From: an uncultured Chloroflexota bacterium
GTDB lineage: Bacteria > Chloroflexota > UBA11872 > UBA12225
Assembly: GCA_903836285.1 (NCBI GenBank)
Contig: CAILQO010000026.1
Location: 1 to 47,934, forward strand
Reading direction: 5' to 3'
DNA: 47,934 bases
How positions within the stretch are numbered: the stretch's first letter is position 1; each line of letters starts with the position of its first letter. The translations under genes were made by a program, and so were the position numbers. The notes under the pieces were generated by a model. That model saw only the letters and a list, made by a program, of their open reading frames with translations, was not told the DNA's origin and did not search any database. This document shows positions 45,394-47,934 of the stretch, in pieces.

Positions 45394-46770
45394 ATGCGCC
45401 TGATGCCTAGCCTGCGGGGGCGCAGATCGCTCCTCGCCGCACTCGGCGGTGGAAGCCTCGGGATAGCGTGCGGTGCCGGAAGCTCACTGTCAGGATCGTG
45501 GCAGTCGGCGGTGAGCGGGGGGCCGCGCGCCATACCGACGATTGCCGTGCCGCGTTCCGCTGATCCACCTCCAGCTAAATTGCCGCCGGTGCGCCTCCCT
45601 CGCGACGAGGGTCCGCACGACGTCCTCGCGGAGTGGTGGTACTACACCGGCCACCTCTACGCACCCGAGGGCGCGTTCCCGACGAGTGGCGTGCGCGAGC
45701 CCCAAGCCGCCATTCTTGCCGACGAGGTGACCCGGGACGGTGCCTCCTCTGACGACCATCTGCGACCGGGTGAACGCGAGTACGGCTTCGAACTCGTCTT
45801 CTTCAGGGGCATCCGAGGTGACCGCCCCCCGGGATACGCCGCGCACTTCGCCCTCACTGACGTCGACGGCGGCACCTTCGCCTACGACGAACGTGTGGAG
45901 ATTGCCCTCGCGGAGTCTGCATCGCCGGCGACTCGTGCGGAACCGCTGCCAGACATGGACCCTCGACCGTCCCCCGGCGCGATCACCCGCGCCGCCATGC
46001 CGGCGTTGGCGTTCGCCCCGACCGATCGCCCAGGAGGCGTCGTCTCGCTTGGCCCGACCGGTGGTGGGTTCGACCTGTCAATGGGCGGGTGGCGCCTGCG
46101 GGGTGCGGAGGGGCGCGACAGGCTATGGGCCGCCGGGCCGGGCTACCGCATGGACGTTTCGCTCGTCGCCGACCGCGCCCCGGCCCTGCATGACGGTGAC
46201 CCGCCAGGCACGCCCGGCCTCATCTCGTTCGGACCGGCTGGCTACTCCTATTACTACTCGCGGACCCGAATGGCAGTCAGTGGCACGCTCGGTATCGGTG
46301 ACCGCGAGGCGCGTGTTCGCGGTACGGCCTGGATGGATCACCAGTGGGGCGACTTCCTCGTCCTCGGTGGCGGCGGTTGGGACTGGTTTTCGGCGCACCT
46401 CGTCGACGGCCGCGACCTGACGATCTCGATCGTGCGCGATGAGCGCGGCAAGGTGGTGCTCAGCTACGGCACGATTGCGCCGCAAAATGGCGATTCGACC
46501 CACCTCGACCCAGCCTCGTTCACGATTACGCCCACCGATCGGTGGACAAGCCCACACACCGGCATTACGTACCCGTCGGGGTGGCGCATCAGCCTGCCGG
46601 GCCACGGGATCATCGCTGACTGGACACCGTTGGTGCGCGATCAGGAATTGCGCACCACAAACAGTACGGGGGTGACATACTGGGAGGGCGCCGTCCGCCT
46701 GCGGGACAGCACGACCGGCGCGTTCGCGGGGCGAGGTTACGTGGAGTTGACCGGCTACGCGAAGTCCTGA
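45394..46770 (+). CDS. AttH-like / CrtC-like lipocalin-fold secreted lipoprotein (COG5621-type)
   Basis: 458 aa. Tat-like RGRRSLL plus lipobox LGIAC. DEGPHDVLAEWWYYTGHL, FELVFFRG and AWMDHQWGDF are the hallmark blocks of AttH/hydroxyneurosporene-synthase-like proteins. It starts 34 nt after the MMPL stop (GGAG 7 nt upstream). Confidence 0.75.
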   Translation: MRLMPSLRGRRSLLAALGGGSLGIACGAGSSLSGSWQSAVSGGPRAIPTIAVPRSADPPPAKLPPVRLPRDEGPHDVLAEWWYYTGHLYAPEGAFPTSGVREPQAAILADEVTRDGASSDDHLRPGEREYGFELVFFRGIRGDRPPGYAAHFALTDVDGGTFAYDERVEIALAESASPATRAEPLPDMDPRPSPGAITRAAMPALAFAPTDRPGGVVSLGPTGGGFDLSMGGWRLRGAEGRDRLWAAGPGYRMDVSLVADRAPALHDGDPPGTPGLISFGPAGYSYYYSRTRMAVSGTLGIGDREARVRGTAWMDHQWGDFLVLGGGGWDWFSAHLVDGRDLTISIVRDERGKVVLSYGTIAPQNGDSTHLDPASFTITPTDRWTSPHTGITYPSGWRISLPGHGIIADWTPLVRDQELRTTNSTGVTYWEGAVRLRDSTTGAFAGRGYVELTGYAKS

Positions 46771-46828
46771 CTTCCGCCTCCGCGCGCCGTCATGCGCGTA
46801 CTCGGCGAGAGGGGCTTGATGTGGCCCC

Positions 46829-47752
46829 TCACGCGTACGGCAGGACGAACCGCTCGATTGCCTCAGCGACCCCGTCGTCTTGATTCGACGCCACGACTGC
46901 CCGTGACACCGCCTTCAGGGCTGGTTGCGCCTGGCCCATCGCGACGCCGAAGCCCACCTCCCGAAGCATCTCGAGGTCGTTCATCTCGTCGCCGACCGCC
47001 ACGCAGTCCGCGAGGGTGAGCCCGAGATCCGCAGCGTATCGTGCCAACCCGAACGCCTTATGCACGTGAGAGGGGCGGACGCCAACCACGTGGTTCGGCC
47101 TATCCGCCGGGAGCCACGTGCCTGACCAGAACAGCTCTACCGGGTCGTCGCCCCGCGCGAACGGTGCAAGCGCCTCGAACGCCGCCCGGGTGGTCTGGTA
47201 GTCGCCGCACGCCCCAATCCAGGTGGTCCGAAGCGCCGCGCGCCGCAGTGCCTCGTGTGGCACGGGCTCGATATCGTCAATCCGCATCCACGCGTGAGCG
47301 TAATGCTTCGCCGCCGGGTGAGCAAGGTGATCGTCCCACGTGAACATCCGTGCGCCCGCGGTCGGGGCTTCCTCGACGACTGGGGTAGCACCAACGCCCT
47401 CGATCACCTCGACAATCGCCGGACCATGCGCGCCGGCGAGAACTTCCTCCCAGCGAACTCGGCCGGCAGGCAGGTCGACCGCAGCTGCCCCGTTCCGGAC
47501 GATCGCCTGCGCGGCGACGTCCCCCTCGTGACGGGGGTGCAATCCAAGGCGCTCTGCCACCGCGCCAACACCGACCTGAAAGGGGCGCCCAGTACACGGG
47601 ACCACGTGCACGCCCACCCCTCGCGCGCGCGCAACTGCATCGACCACGGCATCGGACACCGTCCCGTCATCGCGGATTGAGGTGCCGTCGATGTCCAGAG
47701 CAACGATCCGGACGCGCCGGGAGGGCACACGGGGAATCGCCAAGTCCGTCAT
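46829..47752 (-). CDS. HAD-IIB (Cof-type) phosphatase
   Basis: 307 aa from MTDLAIPR (ATG 47752). Motif I VALDIDGT, motif II CTGRP, motif IV VGDEMNDLEM, and C-terminal SNQDDGVAEAI. Confidence 0.8.
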   Translation of the reverse strand: MTDLAIPRVPSRRVRIVALDIDGTSIRDDGTVSDAVVDAVARARGVGVHVVPCTGRPFQVGVGAVAERLGLHPRHEGDVAAQAIVRNGAAAVDLPAGRVRWEEVLAGAHGPAIVEVIEGVGATPVVEEAPTAGARMFTWDDHLAHPAAKHYAHAWMRIDDIEPVPHEALRRAALRTTWIGACGDYQTTRAAFEALAPFARGDDPVELFWSGTWLPADRPNHVVGVRPSHVHKAFGLARYAADLGLTLADCVAVGDEMNDLEMLREVGFGVAMGQAQPALKAVSRAVVASNQDDGVAEAIERFVLPYA

Positions 47753-47845
47753 GGCGGGAGTATGCCCGCGGGTCGTTGCGTGACGACCTCGAACCCACCC
47801 AAAGGCAACGGTCCTTCTCCCGGTTCGACCAGGACAGGGTCTCGT
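47753..47845 (+). promoter_or_regulatory. Weak candidate glycine riboswitch (single aptamer) upstream of the gcvT-like start
   Basis: Elements in consensus order: GGGAG (47756-60; cons. GGAGAG); hairpin GGTCGT/ACGACC (47771-76/47783-88); CACCCAAAGGCAA (47796-808; cons. CACCGAAGGGGCAA); CTCCC (47817-21), which pairs with GGGAG (cons. CUCUCAGG); AGGACAG (47831-37; cons. AAGGACAG). The P3b hairpin expected after GCAA is missing. The element abuts the divergent HAD start codon. Confidence 0.35.
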
Positions 47846-47859
47846 ATCATCTGGCGACG

Positions 47860-47934
47860 ATGAGCGATCCAGCACCCGACAGTGGTGCCTCCGACGGTCT
47901 TCTTCGCCGCACCCCCCTTCGCGACTGGCACGCG
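47860..47934 (+). CDS. gcvT: N-terminal 25 codons of a probable aminomethyltransferase (glycine cleavage T protein); truncated by window edge
   Basis: My own translation: ATG 47860 gives MSDPAPDSGASDGLLRRTPLRDWHA. L-[KR]-R-T-P-L-x-D-x-H is the typical GcvT N-terminus. Only 25 residues are visible. Confidence 0.45.
   Translation, partial: MSDPAPDSGASDGLLRRTPLRDWHA

Overview
Visibly GC-rich (about two-thirds G+C by eye) bacterial chromosomal segment with about 38 supportable protein-coding genes on both strands. Many genes are joined by 1-10 nt start/stop overlaps (GTGA at 7285-7288, ATGA at 13955-13958 and 37635-37638). Content is mostly core housekeeping and sugar/central metabolism. Called genes: rsmD, recG, a yloV-like DAK2 protein, rpmB, rpe, rlmN, a YugP-type Zn peptidase, an IscA-type Fe-S carrier, two COG4586-type ABC ATPases (one with two ABC-2 permeases, one orphan), pyrF and DUF951. 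Also a Ski2/HelY-like helicase, an FGGY kinase, DUF711, a DapA-family enzyme, a secreted metallopeptidase, a GH3 lipoprotein, a GAF-GAF histidine kinase, a ROK kinase, pfkA, an FMN reductase and an enolase-superfamily dehydratase. The right end holds an IDH-family dehydrogenase, DUF2961/GH172, a macro-like/TPR protein, an MMPL transporter with an AttH-like lipoprotein, a Cof-type HAD phosphatase and the first 25 codons of a gcvT-like gene. The order rlmN-rpe / rpmB (opposite strand) / yloV-recG-rsmD mirrors the Bacillus subtilis arrangement, so I infer a Terrabacteria lineage (Chloroflexota/Thermomicrobia-like or deep Actinobacteria; low confidence). I saw no rRNA, tRNA, CRISPR array, transposase/integrase, prophage or recognisable defence genes, and no obvious accessory island. 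I cannot point to a self-contained novel system. The best leads are: (1) a ~0.5 kb hairpin-rich non-coding region between a terminator and the MMPL/AttH operon (42531-43034); (2) a small acidic protein plus a zeta/AAA_33-like P-loop kinase translationally coupled to pyrF and DUF951 (12808-14849); (3) a co-directional IDH-like / GH172 / degenerate-macro-TPR trio (38859-42496); (4) five identical 18-bp units in a hexapeptide-repeat membrane protein gene at the left edge; (5) a weak candidate single-aptamer glycine riboswitch before the gcvT-like start at the right edge. All family calls come from motif recognition by eye, not from database searches.
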